This document shows, one piece after another, positions 62,601-64,000 of a stretch of DNA of 64,000 bases. The DNA comes from Anthoceros angustus (Eukaryota; Plantae; Anthocerotophyta). The position numbers and the translations under genes are program-made. Every line of letters starts with the position of its first letter. Position 1 is the stretch's first letter. The stretch is taken from positions 806,001 through 870,000 of the forward strand of contig MU008168.1 of the NCBI GenBank assembly GCA_010909165.1, read 5' to 3'. The notes below the pieces were generated by a model. It was not told the origin of the DNA and made no database searches. It worked only from the letters and a program-made list of their open reading frames with translations.

Positions 62601-64000
62601 GATGTCTTTGTGAGGCCCCGCCACTAGTAAAGCTCATAGTCTGCCCTACAAGGACACAGATCTTAGTCGAGCTGATGGTCTACTTCACACAGTACACAAC
62701 GACATTTGTGGCCCTATGTCAACTAGTTCATTTGGAGGCGGTAATTATTTCATCACTTTCATTGATGAGTGGAGCAGATATTGTATTATCTACATTCTCA
62801 TACAAGAGTGAGGTAATCGAACGCTTCAAGTCATATGATTTGCTCGGCGGACATCTTGCAGTGCACAATTTTGAGGACGATAATGGTGGTGAGTACACGA
62901 TGCGCATTCAACTCCTTTTGCAGAAAGAGGAATGCATCAACTCACAGTCCCATATACACCTCGCGTAATGCATTTTACGAAAGAAAGAATAGAACCTTGC
63001 AAGAGGCTTCTTTAGCATCACTTACCTTCCGGACTCAATGGTTATAATGAGGCCTTGATGGCAGTTAATTATGTCGAGAATCGCCTTCCAACGAAGAATC
63101 TTGGGAAGGCGACCGCTTTGACTGGACAAGAACCTGGTACAACATCTACGAATTTTTGGCTCACTGCCTATGTTTTGGTACAACGTACCAAGTTGGACCC
63201 GCGAGCATCTCGACATGTTTTTGTTGGCTACTTTGATGAGGTGAAAGGGTATAAGCTTTTTGATCCTACTTCTCGCCAACTCACTCTTGCTCGAAGTGTT
63301 ATCTTCAATGAAGCTGCTCTTCTTCGCCGACATCTGGCCACTCTTCAGCCTCAAGCAGACCCACAACCACCTTCCATTCACGGCATTGAAGATTCTGATT
63401 CTACCTTACCTGATGAGGTCAGTTTCTATGAAGATAACGACCCTCCTTCTTGGATTACGGACCACCGGTAACACTCAACGTCAGCTCTCTCAACACGAAT
63501 CTCCTTCAACTACAGGCCATATGATGATGATTGGTGATTCGGTATTTCAAATCTTAATGAGCCTGACCCAGCTGATGCACCTATAGAGTCAGACATCTAC
63601 GAACTGTGACGATGCGTCATTGCCGACATCACGCTTTGATCGCATCTAATCCTGAAGAAGAAGTCACCCTTAGACGTTCCTCCCGTATTAGAAGACCCAT
63701 GCATGAGTGGAATGAACCTCCTTTTCAAGCTGGTCTAGTCAATACAGATCCCCATTTAGCCACTGCTCTTAGCGTTTCTTCCTCATTAGGAGAACCGGCC
63801 ACATATAAGGAAGCTATTGAAGGTCCAGAGTCTGTTTTTTGGAAAGCAGCCATAGACTTTGAATACCAATCACTCATAAAGAATCACACATGGGAATTAG
63901 TTGACCTTCCTAAGGGTAGGAAACCCGTCGAATGTAAGTGGGTCTTTAAGAAAAAACTCAATACTGATGGTACTGTTGGAAGATATAAAGCTCGCCTTGT
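59680..64000 (+). mobile_element. Duplicate of 43903-48370: family C leader + nested family B 5' LTR (60272-60512), PBS, 5' ORF, gag, INT, start of RT
   Basis: Collinear repeat including the same nested-insertion junction; the differences are mostly small indels. Confidence 0.85.

Overview
Eukaryotic land-plant nuclear DNA. The compact, short-intron gene organisation looks bryophyte/hornwort-like, but that is inference only. Bases 1-9.5 kb are a dense gene island: a plastid YqgF-type resolvase-like gene (-), a uridine-kinase/PRK-like P-loop kinase (+), OEP16 with an ABRE/CE3 promoter (+), and a MINDY deubiquitinase ending in a CaaX box (+). From 9.6-12.2 kb there is a scrambled pseudogene block of inverted and direct MINDY fragments, an 11S-globulin cupin fragment and a CRE-like LINE remnant. 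The rest is transposon-rich: three decayed Sola-like DDD DNA transposons, CRE-like non-LTR fragments and four Ty1/Copia families, some nested. Two things stand out. (i) The Copia elements carry an extra ORF between the PBS and gag; two families also carry an intron-containing ANTISENSE gene between pol and the 3' LTR, one with an AT-hook and the other with a TACTAAC branch point and a stop codon abutting the pol stop. (ii) Two Sola-like copies have a divergently transcribed companion ORF, which in one copy extends to ParB-like and N6/N4 DNA-methyltransferase-like motifs. Many frameshifts and several local duplications, one across an N, look like unpolished long-read assembly errors, so ORF integrity must be re-checked.
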